Below, one piece after another: positions 48,822 through 58,983 of a stretch of 64,000 bases of DNA (the stretch's first letter is position 1; the number at the start of each line of letters is the position of its first letter). Both the position numbers and the translations under genes were made by a program. The DNA comes from an uncultured Actinomycetes bacterium (GTDB lineage Bacteria; Actinomycetota; UBA4738; HRBIN12), in the NCBI GenBank assembly GCA_963749895.1, contig CAVVOG010000001.1, positions 1,046,901 through 1,110,900 of the forward strand, in the 5' to 3' direction. The notes beneath the pieces were generated by a model. It searched no databases. It was not told the DNA's origin and saw nothing but the letters and a program-made list of their open reading frames with translations.

Positions 48822-51746
48822 GGCATGGGGACCCGGGTCGTTCGTCGGGTGGCCGCGACGGTGGTGCTGGGCGTCGCGCTGTGGCTCGTCGCGCCCGCGG
48901 GCGCCGCACCGGCCACGAGGATCGCGCTCCACCCCGCCGTGACCACCGCGGGGTCGTCCACCTCGGTCGACGGCGTCGGGTTCGGCGCCTCGGAGGCCGT
49001 CGACGTGTTCCTCGACGATCGACCCGTCGCGATGCGCGTCACGAACGCGAGGGGAGCCTTCACCCCCGTGCGGGTCACCGTCGGGGACGACGCGACGCCC
49101 GGCATCCACTGGGTGACGGCGGTGGGACGGCGCTCAGGTGTGGCAGCCCATCGACGGGTGACCGTGACCGGCGCCGATCTCTGGAGCCACGACGGGTTCG
49201 ACGCCGGCAGGTCCGGCTGGAACGACGCCGAGACCGCGATCACCTCGCAGACCTTCGGATCGCTCGAGCAGGCCTGGACGACGGAGCTGGCGCTGCACGG
49301 ATACGTCTCCGGCCTGGTGGCGTCCGGAGAGCGGCTGTTCACGTCCGGCACTCGCTACTCGGCCGACGGCGAGGATGGGCCGGATGTCCTCGTCGCGATC
49401 GACGCGATCGATGGACGCGTGGAATGGGAGCGGGAACTCGGTGGCGCGCTCGCCACCGACGGCTCGCGCGTGTTCGTCGCCGCGGCGCAGGAGTGGTTCG
49501 AGCGCGCGGAGGTCCTTCGTGTGTCCGTCGCTGCGCTCGACGCTGCCACTGGATCCACGCTGTGGACGGCCGCGTTGCCCTCCGGGGTCCGGTTCCGCGA
49601 CGACGCCTGGGCCCACCTCGATGCCCTGGTCGTCGATCGCGACACGCTCTTCGCGGTGTCGAGCGCCTCACGTTCGGACGAGCGCGAACGGACCACGGTC
49701 ACCGCGCTCGACGCCTCTGACGGATCGGTGCGGTGGCAGACACCGATCGAGGGATGGGGTGGGTCCGCGGCTGCGGCGGACGGCCTCGTGATCGTGGCGC
49801 AGGGCGATCATCTGCGGGCGCTCGACGCGAACACCGGTGCGGAACGCTGGTCGGCGTGGACCGGTGAAGGGACCTACCGGGTCGCGATCGCCGACGGCCT
49901 GGTGTTCGCACCGGTCCTCGATCGGAGCGATGGAAGGGTGGAGTACGGAACCGCGCTCAGCGCACGTCGGGCAGCCGACGGGCGCGTGGTCTGGCGCGTC
50001 CCGTGGGACTCGTGGGCCCACGGCTTCGCGATCACCGGATCGACCGTGATCGCATCGGGCGGCCAGTGGGAGAGCTCCTCCGGCGAGCTGCTCGCTCTGG
50101 ACACCCGAACGGGCGATCTGCGATGGGACGGTTTCGGCATCCATACCTCGCCGGCGGGGGCGGCCGACCTCTTCTACAGCGTCCAGAGCTGCGGCGTCAC
50201 CGCTCGTGACCCGTCGACCGGAGCGACGATCGGGGCGGTTCCCGACGTCCGTGGTCCGTTCGTGGTGGTGAACGGGCGATTCGTGGGGATGGGATGCGGG
50301 GAGTGGGACGAGGAAGCGGTCCTGCGCGCGTTCGCGCCGGCCGCGCCGACGGCGCCCGAGGCGGCCGCGCTCGATCCCGACCCGGCGATGGCGCCGGATC
50401 GCGGGATCGAGCCCCATGCCGAGCTCCGCGACGGCTGGAACGACGTCGCGTGGCAGGGGCTCCTGCGCGGCGACACGTCCGTGACCGCGCCGGTCACCTT
50501 CGAGGGTGCAGTCGTCGTGGGGACGCGCAACGAGCGTGACGGTGGCGGGTTGTTCCGCAGCGACGACGACGGCGCGTCGTTCGTCCGCGTCGACGAGCCT
50601 GGATTGGGCGATCCCGGCAACGTCGCGCTCACGCCCGTCGCGGTGGGCGACGAACTGATCGTGGTGACGGAGAACCCCGATGGGCTCGAGGTGTGGGCAT
50701 CCGGCGACGGGGAGTCCTTCGTCCGCAGGGCCGCTGCCGGGTTCGACGACCCGGCGAACACCTCGGCGGTTCCCTACGTGATCGACGACCGGCTGCTGCT
50801 CGGCGTCGCGAACCGGCGGACGGGCGCGCGGCTGTTCGTGCTCACCGAGGGCAGCGCGGAGATCCGGACCGTTCCCACGGCGCCCGGGCGCGGCGTCTCG
50901 GCGTTCGTGCCCGGCCAGGTGACCTTCGACGACACGACGTACGTGGGAACGGCCGGTGCCACCCCGGTGCTGCTGCGCTCGACCGACGACGGGGTGCTGG
51001 AGCCCGTCCCGGGCTTCCGTGCTCGCGGCGCGACGGCCGTCAGCCCACAGGTCGTCTTCGGCGAGCGGCTCTACGTCGCGGCACCGACCCCCGCGGGCGT
51101 GGACCTCTACCGGCTCGCCGAGGACGGATCCGCCGAGCGGGTGGTCCGCCGCGGGTTCCACTCGCCCCAGGATGCGGACCTCACCGGCTCGCTCGTGGTC
51201 TTCGGCGAGGAGCTGCTGATGGCGACGTCGTCGCTCGATCCGCGTGTCGAGCCGGGCGTCCGGCCGGTCGAGGTCGCGCCGGAGCGCGGGTTCGGTCTGT
51301 GGCGCTCTGTGGACGGCGCGTCGTGGGAGCAGGTCGGGGAACGAGGGCTCGGCGACCCGCACGCGACCGGCGCGACGCTCTCGGTGATCGGCACCCGCGC
51401 GTACCTGAGCGCCTCTAACTTCGAGGAGGGCGACACCGTGTTCGTCTCCGACGACGGGCTCACCTGGTCGCCGCTGTTGGCGGAGGACTCGTCCTCGCAC
51501 GCGAGCCTCGGGTACGCGCCGGTCGTCGTGGGGAGTCACCTCGTGGCGGTGCATGGCGACGTGGATGCCGGGCTGACGGCCGTGCGCTACGGGACGCCGG
51601 TCCTCGGCGCGGTCTCGACCGCGTGGTGGGGATGGCCCGCCGCGGCGATCGCGCTGGCCGTGTTCGCGTTGGGGCTCACGGTGGCGTTGACGACGTTCGC
51701 GATCGTGCGTCGGCGCCGGCCCGAAGCCCCGCCGCACCTCGTCTGA
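48822..51746 (+). CDS. large secreted PQQ-like (BamB-type) beta-propeller repeat protein with C-terminal TM anchor
   Basis: Signal peptide MGTRVVRRVAATVVLGVALWLVAPAGA. Repeated ALDAxTGxxxW motifs. C-terminal WWGWPAAAIALAVFALGLTVALTTFAIVRRRRP. Confidence 0.7.
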   Translation, partial: GMGTRVVRRVAATVVLGVALWLVAPAGAAPATRIALHPAVTTAGSSTSVDGVGFGASEAVDVFLDDRPVAMRVTNARGAFTPVRVTVGDDATPGIHWVTAVGRRSGVAAHRRVTVTGADLWSHDGFDAGRSGWNDAETAITSQTFGSLEQAWTTELALHGYVSGLVASGERLFTSGTRYSADGEDGPDVLVAIDAIDGRVEWERELGGALATDGSRVFVAAAQEWFERAEVLRVSVAALDAATGSTLWTAALPSGVRFRDDAWAHLDALVVDRDTLFAVSSASRSDERERTTVTALDASDGSVRWQTPIEGWGGSAAAADGLVIVAQGDHLRALDANTGAERWSAWTGEGTYRVAIADGLVFAPVLDRSDGRVEYGTALSARRAADGRVVWRVPWDSWAHGFAITGSTVIASGGQWESSSGELLALDTRTGDLRWDGFGIHTSPAGAADLFYSVQSCGVTARDPSTGATIGAVPDVRGPFVVVNGRFVGMGCGEWDEEAVLRAFAPAAPTAPEAAALDPDPAMAPDRGIEPHAELRDGWNDVAWQGLLRGDTSVTAPVTFEGAVVVGTRNERDGGGLFRSDDDGASFVRVDEPGLGDPGNVALTPVAVGDELIVVTENPDGLEVWASGDGESFVRRAAAGFDDPANTSAVPYVIDDRLLLGVANRRTGARLFVLTEGSAEIRTVPTAPGRGVSAFVPGQVTFDDTTYVGTAGATPVLLRSTDDGVLEPVPGFRARGATAVSPQVVFGERLYVAAPTPAGVDLYRLAEDGSAERVVRRGFHSPQDADLTGSLVVFGEELLMATSSLDPRVEPGVRPVEVAPERGFGLWRSVDGASWEQVGERGLGDPHATGATLSVIGTRAYLSASNFEEGDTVFVSDDGLTWSPLLAEDSSSHASLGYAPVVVGSHLVAVHGDVDAGLTAVRYGTPVLGAVSTAWWGWPAAAIALAVFALGLTVALTTFAIVRRRRPEAPPHLV

Positions 51747-51776
51747 GGACGTTCCGAAGGGACGCTCGGATGCGTC

Positions 51777-53051
51777 TCACCCCGCCGACGGCAGGGCGTA
51801 GCGCACGATCATGCCGCTGATCTCGCCGTTCCAGTAGGTGCCTCCGAGGATGGCCCCGTTCGCCACGACGCGAAGGTTCGCGAAGACCCCGGGACCTCCG
51901 ATCGACCTCGACCACCGCAGACGACCCGTGCCTGAGTCGAGGGCACTGAACGCGGCGTTCCCGAGCTCGAACCGGTAGACGAAGACGAGGCCGTTCGCGA
52001 CCGCGCCCGTCTGCCAGAGTGGGTCGCCCCCCCACGCGTTGCCGAGGACGCTCCAGGTTCGGGAGCCCGTCCGTGCATCCAGCGCGACGATCCCACCGCG
52101 GTGCTGCCCGAAGGCGTCTCCTTCGCAGTACCTCACGCACACGGCTCGATCGATGAACACCGTGCGGGCCGTCGCCGCTGCGATCCAGGCCTGCGTGGGG
52201 AGCCGATGGGACCAGAGCCTCGCCCCGTCGTGGAGAGCGAACGCCTCCACGAGCGCGCCACCCGACGGTGGCACGTCGAGCCACCGCATCGTGAAGACGC
52301 GACCGGCCGCGGCGGTCGACAGCCAGCCGCGCGTGGGAGCGCTCCACACGGACACCCCGTCCTCGGCGCGCAACGCCACGATGCCGCGCGGAACCGCCCG
52401 CGTGGGAGCGAGGATCAGCCCTCGCGACATGAGGAGTTCGCTCGCGTCGGAACGAGGATCGACGTCGCTCGTCCACGCGATCGATCCCGTGGCCGCGTCG
52501 AGCGCGACGATGCGGCGGCCGGAGGCGCGGTCCTGGACGGCGAACAGGCGCGTCCCGCCCGGATCGGCGGCGAACGGGAGCACGTGCCTCGTCGTCCACG
52601 ACGTCGCCCCGGTTCCGACGTCCAGGGCGATCGCCCGGTCGACCTTGGCGTCGAGCGCCACGTGGACGGTGCCGCCGGCCGTGGCGATCGGCTGGGGGTG
52701 GCCGTCGAACCGGCGACGCCACAGCCGGTCACCCGTCGTCTCGTCGAGCGCGACCAGCAGGTCGCGCGACTCCCCGGCCGACCACACCGCGAACACGCGC
52801 GAGTCGCTGACGAGCTCCGGTGAGACCCCGTATTCCCAGAAGAACGGTCGATCGGGGCGTATCGTCTGCCGCCAGTCGAGACGCATCCGCTCCACGTTCG
52901 ATCTCGACAGCCGACGCTCCAGCCGGTTGACGTTGCTCCGGCCCCCGTCGGCGTCCACGTGCGTCCAGTCGGCCACGCCGGCGCTCGCCGGGGCCCCCAC
53001 CGCGAGCGCACCGATCAGCGCGCACGCGACGACCGTCGCGATCCGTCGCAT
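51777..53051 (-). CDS. secreted PQQ-like beta-propeller repeat protein
   Basis: Signal peptide MRRIATVVACALIGALAVGAPASA. Repeats ALDxxTGxxxW (five copies). Confidence 0.7.
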   Translation of the reverse strand: MRRIATVVACALIGALAVGAPASAGVADWTHVDADGGRSNVNRLERRLSRSNVERMRLDWRQTIRPDRPFFWEYGVSPELVSDSRVFAVWSAGESRDLLVALDETTGDRLWRRRFDGHPQPIATAGGTVHVALDAKVDRAIALDVGTGATSWTTRHVLPFAADPGGTRLFAVQDRASGRRIVALDAATGSIAWTSDVDPRSDASELLMSRGLILAPTRAVPRGIVALRAEDGVSVWSAPTRGWLSTAAAGRVFTMRWLDVPPSGGALVEAFALHDGARLWSHRLPTQAWIAAATARTVFIDRAVCVRYCEGDAFGQHRGGIVALDARTGSRTWSVLGNAWGGDPLWQTGAVANGLVFVYRFELGNAAFSALDSGTGRLRWSRSIGGPGVFANLRVVANGAILGGTYWNGEISGMIVRYALPSAG

Positions 53052-53121
53052 GTGATCCCCTCCCGCGCGGCATCGTGCGACGCTCGGGGCAGGGCCGGTA
53101 GGGCACGTCGGCCCTGCCGCG

Positions 53122-53433
53122 TCAGTACTTCCCGTACAGGGGGCTCCGCGGGTCGAAGAACCCGCCGCTCGGGCGGGCGTGCGCGTGCCAGTGGTCGGGG
53201 ATCCGCCGCCGCTCGCCGTCGACGTAGTAGCCCTCGTCGCCGTAGCGCGCGGCGGCGATCCGTTCGAGCCGCATCAGCAGGGCGGCCTCGGTCTCGGCGT
53301 CGGGCAGGCCGTGGGTGCGCCACACGATCATCGGCGTCATGCACACGATGCAGTCCGCCACCCAGCAGTCCTCGTCCTCGAGGTGCCAGTCGGTGATCCG
53401 CTCGGCGTGGCACAGCAGGCAGTCGTCGCTCAT
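53122..53433 (-). CDS. HIT family protein
   Basis: CLLCH near the N-terminus and HWHAHAR histidine triad (HxHxH). Confidence 0.55.
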   Translation of the reverse strand: MSDDCLLCHAERITDWHLEDEDCWVADCIVCMTPMIVWRTHGLPDAETEAALLMRLERIAAARYGDEGYYVDGERRRIPDHWHAHARPSGGFFDPRSPLYGKY

Positions 53434-53876
53434 GGCGCCCTCACCAGATCGGCCGTGTCGCCGACCTCGATCCCGTGCTCGTCGAACCACCCCGCGTTCG
53501 CCTCGACCGCCATCACGTAGGGCCGACGTGCCTCGTAGGTCCGGCACGGCTCGGTCTCGCACGGCTCCATCTCGAGGATCGTGTGGATCCGGTCGTCGTC
53601 GCCGACGAACGCGATCGACAGCGGGATCAGCGTGTCCTTCATCCAGAACGCCGCGTCCTCGAGGGTGCCCCAGACGAACACCATGCCCTGGTCGGGCGGG
53701 AGGGACTCCACGCCCATCAGCCCTCGGGCTCGCGCCGTCGGCGTGTCGGCGACCTCCACCGTGAGCGTCGCCGCGCCGCCCCCGAACTCGACCCGTGCCT
53801 CGGGTGGCGCCGAGGTGGTCGCGTCCGAGGAGCAGCCGGTGAGCAAGACCGCGATCACCAGCAGGGCTCGAGTCAC
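53430..53876 (-). CDS. DUF192 domain lipoprotein
   Basis: GTG start giving VTRALLVIAVLLTGCSS lipobox. Conserved DUF192 core ARGLMGV...MKDTLIPLSIAF. Stop overlaps the HIT start. Confidence 0.7.
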   Translation of the reverse strand: MTRALLVIAVLLTGCSSDATTSAPPEARVEFGGGAATLTVEVADTPTARARGLMGVESLPPDQGMVFVWGTLEDAAFWMKDTLIPLSIAFVGDDDRIHTILEMEPCETEPCRTYEARRPYVMAVEANAGWFDEHGIEVGDTADLVRAP

Positions 53877-53990
53877 ACGGTCATCATCTCCGATACGAAG
53901 GTCCCGCGTGGGTGGGGTCGCACGGCGGTGGCGCGCCACCCCCGACGCTAGGCATCGTGTCGCAGTCCCGTGCCGGAGGGAGGTGTGGGC

Positions 53991-55094
53991 ATGCGTCGGA
54001 TGGCCGTGTTCGCGATCGCCGCAGCGCTCCTGGTCACCGCCCCGACGGCCGCGTCGGCGGCCGGTTGCTGGCGTCGCGTGGCGATGCCCGACGTGGACGG
54101 CTTCGTGGAAGACGCCGACTTCGTCTCCGCGACGAGAGGCCTCGCGGTCGGCTACCGCCTCACGCCCCAGGGCGACATCTACGCGGTCTCGTTCCGGTGG
54201 GACGGGCGGTCGTGGAGCTCCGTCGCCGTTCCGCGCTTCTCCCGTGCCGACTACCTGTACGGCGTGGTCATGGTGTCCGGCTCCGACGCGTGGGCGGTGG
54301 GCGAGTCGCGGAGCGCGACGTTGATCCTTCGATGGAACGGTTCGTCGTGGCGTCGCGTGAGCAGCCCACACCCGGGGAACCGGTGGAGCACACTCAGCGG
54401 CGTCGCCCGTGATCCTCGCACCGGTGCCGTCCACGCCGTTGGGTTCTGGACCGAGCGAAGCGGGTTCCATCCGCTGATCCTGAGGTGGACGGGCGCGCGG
54501 TGGCGCACCGCGCTCCGGCGGCTCGGTGTCGGCGACGTCCGCCTCTCGGACGTGACCTCGGGATGGCGCGCGACCTGGGCGGTGGGCGACTACGGCGGCC
54601 GGCTGCACAGGAAGCCCTTGATCCTCCGGCGGACCCGCACCGGCTGGGTTCGGTCGCCGGTGCCCTCCGCTCCCGGGAGCCGCCGGTTGTCCGCGGTGGC
54701 GGCGGCCGGCCCCGACGAAGCCCTCGCGGTGGGCATGTCGAGGACACACGCGCTCATGCTCCACTGGAACGGCAGGGGCTGGCGCCCCGTTCCCTCCGCA
54801 CGGGTTCCCGGTCTCGAGCGGTCAGCGAGCCTGCACGACGTGGCCATGCTCCCCTCGGGGGAGGCGTGGGTCACGGCGTCCCGCTCGCGAGAGACGGGGT
54901 CGACCGACCCCGACTATCGGTACCACCCGCAGGCCATCTTCCATCGTCGCGCCGGGACCTGGAGGTGGGAACGGCCGCCGAAGGTGCCCTACGCGCTGCT
55001 GACCGACGTCTCGCCGGTCACGTCATCCGACATCTGGGCGATCGGCGCGATCGCGCTCGAGGACGGCGGCTCCCCGCTCGCGTTCCGTTGCTAG
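53991..55094 (+). CDS. secreted repeat protein with six approx 45-aa tryptophan-rich repeats (beta-propeller-like, unknown function)
   Basis: Signal peptide MRRMAVFAIAAALLVTAPTAASA. Repeats ILRWNGSSWRRV, ILRWTGARWRTA, ILRRTRTGWVRS, MLHWNGRGWRPV, IFHRRAGTWRWE. Confidence 0.6.
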   Translation: MRRMAVFAIAAALLVTAPTAASAAGCWRRVAMPDVDGFVEDADFVSATRGLAVGYRLTPQGDIYAVSFRWDGRSWSSVAVPRFSRADYLYGVVMVSGSDAWAVGESRSATLILRWNGSSWRRVSSPHPGNRWSTLSGVARDPRTGAVHAVGFWTERSGFHPLILRWTGARWRTALRRLGVGDVRLSDVTSGWRATWAVGDYGGRLHRKPLILRRTRTGWVRSPVPSAPGSRRLSAVAAAGPDEALAVGMSRTHALMLHWNGRGWRPVPSARVPGLERSASLHDVAMLPSGEAWVTASRSRETGSTDPDYRYHPQAIFHRRAGTWRWERPPKVPYALLTDVSPVTSSDIWAIGAIALEDGGSPLAFRC

Positions 55095-55245
55095 GAGGTA
55101 CCTGAGCTGGCACCGAGAGGCCTTCGTTGCTGGTGGTGGTCTGAAGGACCTCTTCAGCGACGAGGTCGCCGATGCGCAGTCGATCAGCGGGGATAGGAGG
55201 GGTCACCGGGAGCGCTCGAAGCACGTTGCTATCATCCCGCTTGCC

Positions 55246-55318
55246 GCCGGAGTAGCTCAGTCGGCAGAGCGCCTCCATGGTAAGGAGGAGGTCAGGGGTT
55301 CGATTCCCCTCTCCGGCT
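55246..55318 (+). tRNA. tRNA-Thr (anticodon GGT)
   Basis: Folded by hand. Acceptor GCCGGAG/CTCCGGC, anticodon stem CCTCC/GGAGG with loop ATGGTAA, T-arm AGGGG-TTCGATT-CCCCT. Confidence 0.9.
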
Positions 55319-55357
55319 CTCATGGCCACCGTCCAGGTCCTGGGAGGCGCCGGCGCC

Positions 55358-56398
55358 ATGGGCTCGGTGGCCGTCGGCTCGGTCCGTCGCCCAGCCGCCC
55401 TGGCCCTCGCGTTCGCCCTGGTGCTCGCCTCGTGTACCGGGGAGGGGGCGCCGCCCGAGGTCGTCGGCGCTCCCACCGATCCGCGCGTGTCGGGCACGCT
55501 CCTGGTCAGGTCGGGGTTCGGGGGCACGTTCCAGCTGGTGGAGCTCCCGGACGGCGACGTCACGCCGCTGCAGATGCCCCAGTTCTTCCGGACGATCGCG
55601 GGGTTCTTCGACGACGACGGCAGCGTGATCGCCTTGCTCCAGCTCCCGGACGGCGTCCGCCTCTACCGCCTTTCCGCCGACGATCCGCCCGTGGCGTTGG
55701 GCCCCCCGCTCCGGGGGGGCGACACGATGTCTCACGCCGGCCGGTCGGTCCTCGTGGCGGCGTGCGGCACACCGCCGTTCGAGCAGGTGCTCGACCTGGA
55801 CGCGCCGGCGACGTGGCGCGAGGTCGACGCCGGCTGCGGAGCCGCGCTGTCTCCGGACGCGGCGTCGATGGTGTGGTCCCCGGACGGGACCACGCTGGTG
55901 CAGGCCCCGGTCGACGGTTCCTCGCCGCCGGTGGAGGTCGGCGACGTCGCCGACCTCTCGATCCCTCGGGGCTACGAGCGCGACCCGGGGTTCGCCCCGC
56001 CGATCGCGTGGTCGGATCGGGGCAGGGCCACCGCGCTCACCACGCTCGACGGCTGGCAAGGGGTCGCGATCGACGACCCGCCGCGTGCGGTCCCGCTCGG
56101 CGATCGCGGTGCCGGGCCGCTGCAGGTGTACCTGGACTGGCAGCCGGGAGGGTCGCTGCTGGCCGTCGGGTCCTCGACGACGCTGGGAGGCACCGTCCGC
56201 GTGCTCGACGACGGCCGGTCGCGCGTGATCGCGTTGTTCGGCGAACCGGCGACGGGGACGGTCTGGTCGCCGGACGGGAGCGTGGTGCTCGCCGCGTCGA
56301 ACGGCGCGTGGGCCGTGGTCACCCCCGAGGGGGACTGGATCTGGTCCCGGATCGTCGGTCGTGGTGAGGAGCCCCTGGATTGGTGGGCGGCCTCGTGA
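55358..56398 (+). CDS. hypothetical lipoprotein, first gene of an ABC exporter operon
   Basis: ATG 55358 after GGGAGG gives MGSVAVGSVRRPAALALAFALVLASC lipobox. The track ORF start 55277 would overlap the tRNA. Confidence 0.6.
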   Translation: MGSVAVGSVRRPAALALAFALVLASCTGEGAPPEVVGAPTDPRVSGTLLVRSGFGGTFQLVELPDGDVTPLQMPQFFRTIAGFFDDDGSVIALLQLPDGVRLYRLSADDPPVALGPPLRGGDTMSHAGRSVLVAACGTPPFEQVLDLDAPATWREVDAGCGAALSPDAASMVWSPDGTTLVQAPVDGSSPPVEVGDVADLSIPRGYERDPGFAPPIAWSDRGRATALTTLDGWQGVAIDDPPRAVPLGDRGAGPLQVYLDWQPGGSLLAVGSSTTLGGTVRVLDDGRSRVIALFGEPATGTVWSPDGSVVLAASNGAWAVVTPEGDWIWSRIVGRGEEPLDWWAAS

Positions 56399-58983
56399 GT
56401 CGCCTGCGCGTGTTCGTCCGGCTCCTTCGCTTCCCCGGCCTCCTGCTCGCGATCGTCGGCGCCACCGCCGTGGTGTCGGTCGTCACGGTCACCGGCGCCG
56501 TGTTCCTGGACGTAGCCGCGAGCGCGACGCTGACACGGACGATCGAGGCCGACGGGACGTTCCGGCTCGCGACGGCCGCCATCACCGCGGACACGCCGGT
56601 CGTCGACGACATCGTCGCCTACCGGACGCACCTGCTCGAGCGCGAGCTGTCTCCGACGTTCGGCCCGGCCCTCGTCACGGCCCGAGGCGACGTGGTGGTG
56701 GCGAGCCATGGCGACGAGGCCGTCGAGGTCCGTCTGATCTCGAGGACCGACGCGCTGTCGCACGTGACGGTGCTCGAGCGGTCCGGCACGGACGGGGCGT
56801 GGCTCGCCGACGTCACCGCGGTCGCGCTCGGGGTCGAGGCGGGCGACGACCTGACGTTCGCCGCGAACGGCACCGAGACCACCGTGCCGGTCGCGGGTAT
56901 CTACCGGGACGTGCTGGCGGAGCCGCGGAGCCCCTTCTGGGCGTCGCTCGACGACTTCATCTATCCGCGACCCGGCGCCGACACCCGTCCTCCGGCGCCC
57001 GTCCTGCTCGAGCTCGACGACTACCTGGCCGTCGACCAGGCGCTGCTCGACGACCAGGACGCGCTCACGTGGGAGTTCCTGCTGCCCGCGCCTCCGCTCT
57101 CGATCGAGGAGGCGGAACGGCTCCGGGGCGTGCTGCTCGGGTTCGCCTCCCCGTTGTCGGACCAGTCCTCCGACGTCGGGGCGGCGTTCACCGCCGTCGG
57201 GTTCACCGAGCCGCTGAGCGGATGGCTCGATCGCACGAACGACGTGATCGACCAGATCGGTCCGCCGGTCCGCGCGCTGATGCTGGCGGTGGTCGTGCTG
57301 GCCCTGGCCGTCCTGGGGGGCGCCGGGGTGTTCGTGGTCCGGCGGCGACGGGTCGAGTACGCGCTGCTGGACGCCCGGGGGGTGGCGCTGTGGAGGATCG
57401 CGGCGCGCACCGTCGGCGAGGTGCTGCTGCCGGTCGCCCTGGGCGTGGGCCTCGGGTGGATCGGGGGTCTGCTGATCGTGGACGCCGTGTCCGCCGACGG
57501 CGTCGTGAGCGAGGGCGCCGTGTCGACCGCGGTGCGCTCGGTCCTCGCCGTCGCGGGGCTCGCGATCGTGCTGCTGGCGCTGGTGGTGGCACGCTCGGTC
57601 GCCGATCTGTCGGCGACCGAGCGCGGCGGGGTTCGCCGGGCCGCCGCCCGCGCGCCGTGGGAGGTCGTCGTCTTCCTGCTGGCGGTGCTCGCGTTCGTGG
57701 GCCTCCGCAGCGGCGACACCGGGGGCCCGATCGATCCGCTGTTCCTCCTGTTCCCGGTCCTCGTGCTCGCCGGCGTGGTCGGACTGGCGGTCCGCGGTCT
57801 CCGTCGGCTGCTGCCCGCGCTGCGGTCGATGGGGACCTCGTGGGCCACGGCCCCGTACCTGGCCGTGCGTCGTCTGACCGCCGCGACCCGCGGCGCGCTC
57901 GCCCTGCTCACGGTCTCCGCCGTCGCGATCGGGGTCCTGGTCTACGCGGGAACCGTCGCGGCGTCGCTCCAGGCGGCCGCCGACGAGGCCGCCGGCCTGG
58001 CGGTGGGCAGCGACGTCGCGGTCTCGTACGCGGGATCGTTCGACGGCGACGGCGCCACGATCGCGCTGACGGACGTCGGGCGGATCGAACGATCGGGGCT
58101 GCAGGGCGAGGACGTGCAGCTCGACGTGCTCCTGGTCGACCCGGCGACCTTCGCCGAGGTGGCGTTCTGGCGCGACGGGTTCTCCGACGACTCGCTCGAG
58201 GAGCTGATGGCTCGCCTGGACGACGACCCCGACCCCCGGGTCCCGATCGTGGTCGCGGGCGACGTGCAGGCCCGGGCCCAGCCCGTGCTCGAGCTCCCCG
58301 GGTTCGACCTGCCGGCCCGCGTCGTGGGCACGGCGAGCGCCTTCCCGGGCATGGTGGGCGATCGCCCCCTCGTGGTCGCCGACCGCGCCGCGATCGAGCT
58401 CGTCGTCGAGGCGGCCGACTACTCGCTCGAGCGATTCTTGGCCGAGACCCAGGTCTGGGGGCGGGGGGGCGAGCAGGAGGTCGTCGAGGCGACGGTGGCG
58501 GGGGGCGCCTCCGTCCTGTCGTCGGTGAGCGCCTCGGCGCTGCGGGACACACCCGAGTACCTCGCGATCGTGTCGATGTTGCGCCTCCTGATCGCCGTCG
58601 GTGCGGTCGCGGCGTCGGTGGTGTTCGTCGTCTCGGCGCTGTACCTGGCCGCGCGGCAACGGCAGGCGGAGGTGGCCTACGCGCTGTCGCGGCGGATGGG
58701 GCTCGCGCGCGGGACGTCGCGGCGCTCGCTGCTGCTCGAGGTCCTTGGCCTGCTCGGGGTCGCGTTCGTCCTGGGGTCGCTCGTCGCGGTCGCCGCGTCC
58801 CTCGCCGTGTACGCCGACACGCAGGCGCGGGTCGTCGACATCTCGGCGCCGGTGTTCCGGCTCCCGCTCGGGCTCCTGGCCGCCACCGCGCTCGCCCTGA
58901 TCGCCTTCGCGCTGCTGGCCACGACGGTGGTGCAGCGGCGCGCCGACGGTGCCGACGTGGCGGAGGTGATGCGCGGTGCCTGA
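56395..58983 (+). CDS. ABC transporter permease, FtsX/MacB-like with two FtsX domains
   Basis: About 860 aa with two four-TM bundles (around residues 280-460 and 700-860) separated by a large extracytoplasmic domain. GTG 56395 overlaps the lipoprotein stop (GTGA). Confidence 0.8.
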   Translation: MSRLRVFVRLLRFPGLLLAIVGATAVVSVVTVTGAVFLDVAASATLTRTIEADGTFRLATAAITADTPVVDDIVAYRTHLLERELSPTFGPALVTARGDVVVASHGDEAVEVRLISRTDALSHVTVLERSGTDGAWLADVTAVALGVEAGDDLTFAANGTETTVPVAGIYRDVLAEPRSPFWASLDDFIYPRPGADTRPPAPVLLELDDYLAVDQALLDDQDALTWEFLLPAPPLSIEEAERLRGVLLGFASPLSDQSSDVGAAFTAVGFTEPLSGWLDRTNDVIDQIGPPVRALMLAVVVLALAVLGGAGVFVVRRRRVEYALLDARGVALWRIAARTVGEVLLPVALGVGLGWIGGLLIVDAVSADGVVSEGAVSTAVRSVLAVAGLAIVLLALVVARSVADLSATERGGVRRAAARAPWEVVVFLLAVLAFVGLRSGDTGGPIDPLFLLFPVLVLAGVVGLAVRGLRRLLPALRSMGTSWATAPYLAVRRLTAATRGALALLTVSAVAIGVLVYAGTVAASLQAAADEAAGLAVGSDVAVSYAGSFDGDGATIALTDVGRIERSGLQGEDVQLDVLLVDPATFAEVAFWRDGFSDDSLEELMARLDDDPDPRVPIVVAGDVQARAQPVLELPGFDLPARVVGTASAFPGMVGDRPLVVADRAAIELVVEAADYSLERFLAETQVWGRGGEQEVVEATVAGGASVLSSVSASALRDTPEYLAIVSMLRLLIAVGAVAASVVFVVSALYLAARQRQAEVAYALSRRMGLARGTSRRSLLLEVLGLLGVAFVLGSLVAVAASLAVYADTQARVVDISAPVFRLPLGLLAATALALIAFALLATTVVQRRADGADVAEVMRGA

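Noticed and set aside
13425-55245. Region between tRNA-Tyr and tRNA-Thr considered as a classic integrative island or prophage
   Set aside because: No integrase, excisionase, transposase, phage structural genes or obvious att direct repeats were found. Most genes have native high GC3. Only the first approx 1.3 kb looks foreign, so this is kept as a low-confidence rearrangement hypothesis only.
55277-55357. Track ORF start at 55277 for the lipoprotein gene
   Set aside because: It would overlap the tRNA-Thr gene. ATG 55358 has a GGGAGG RBS and yields a proper lipoprotein signal peptide.
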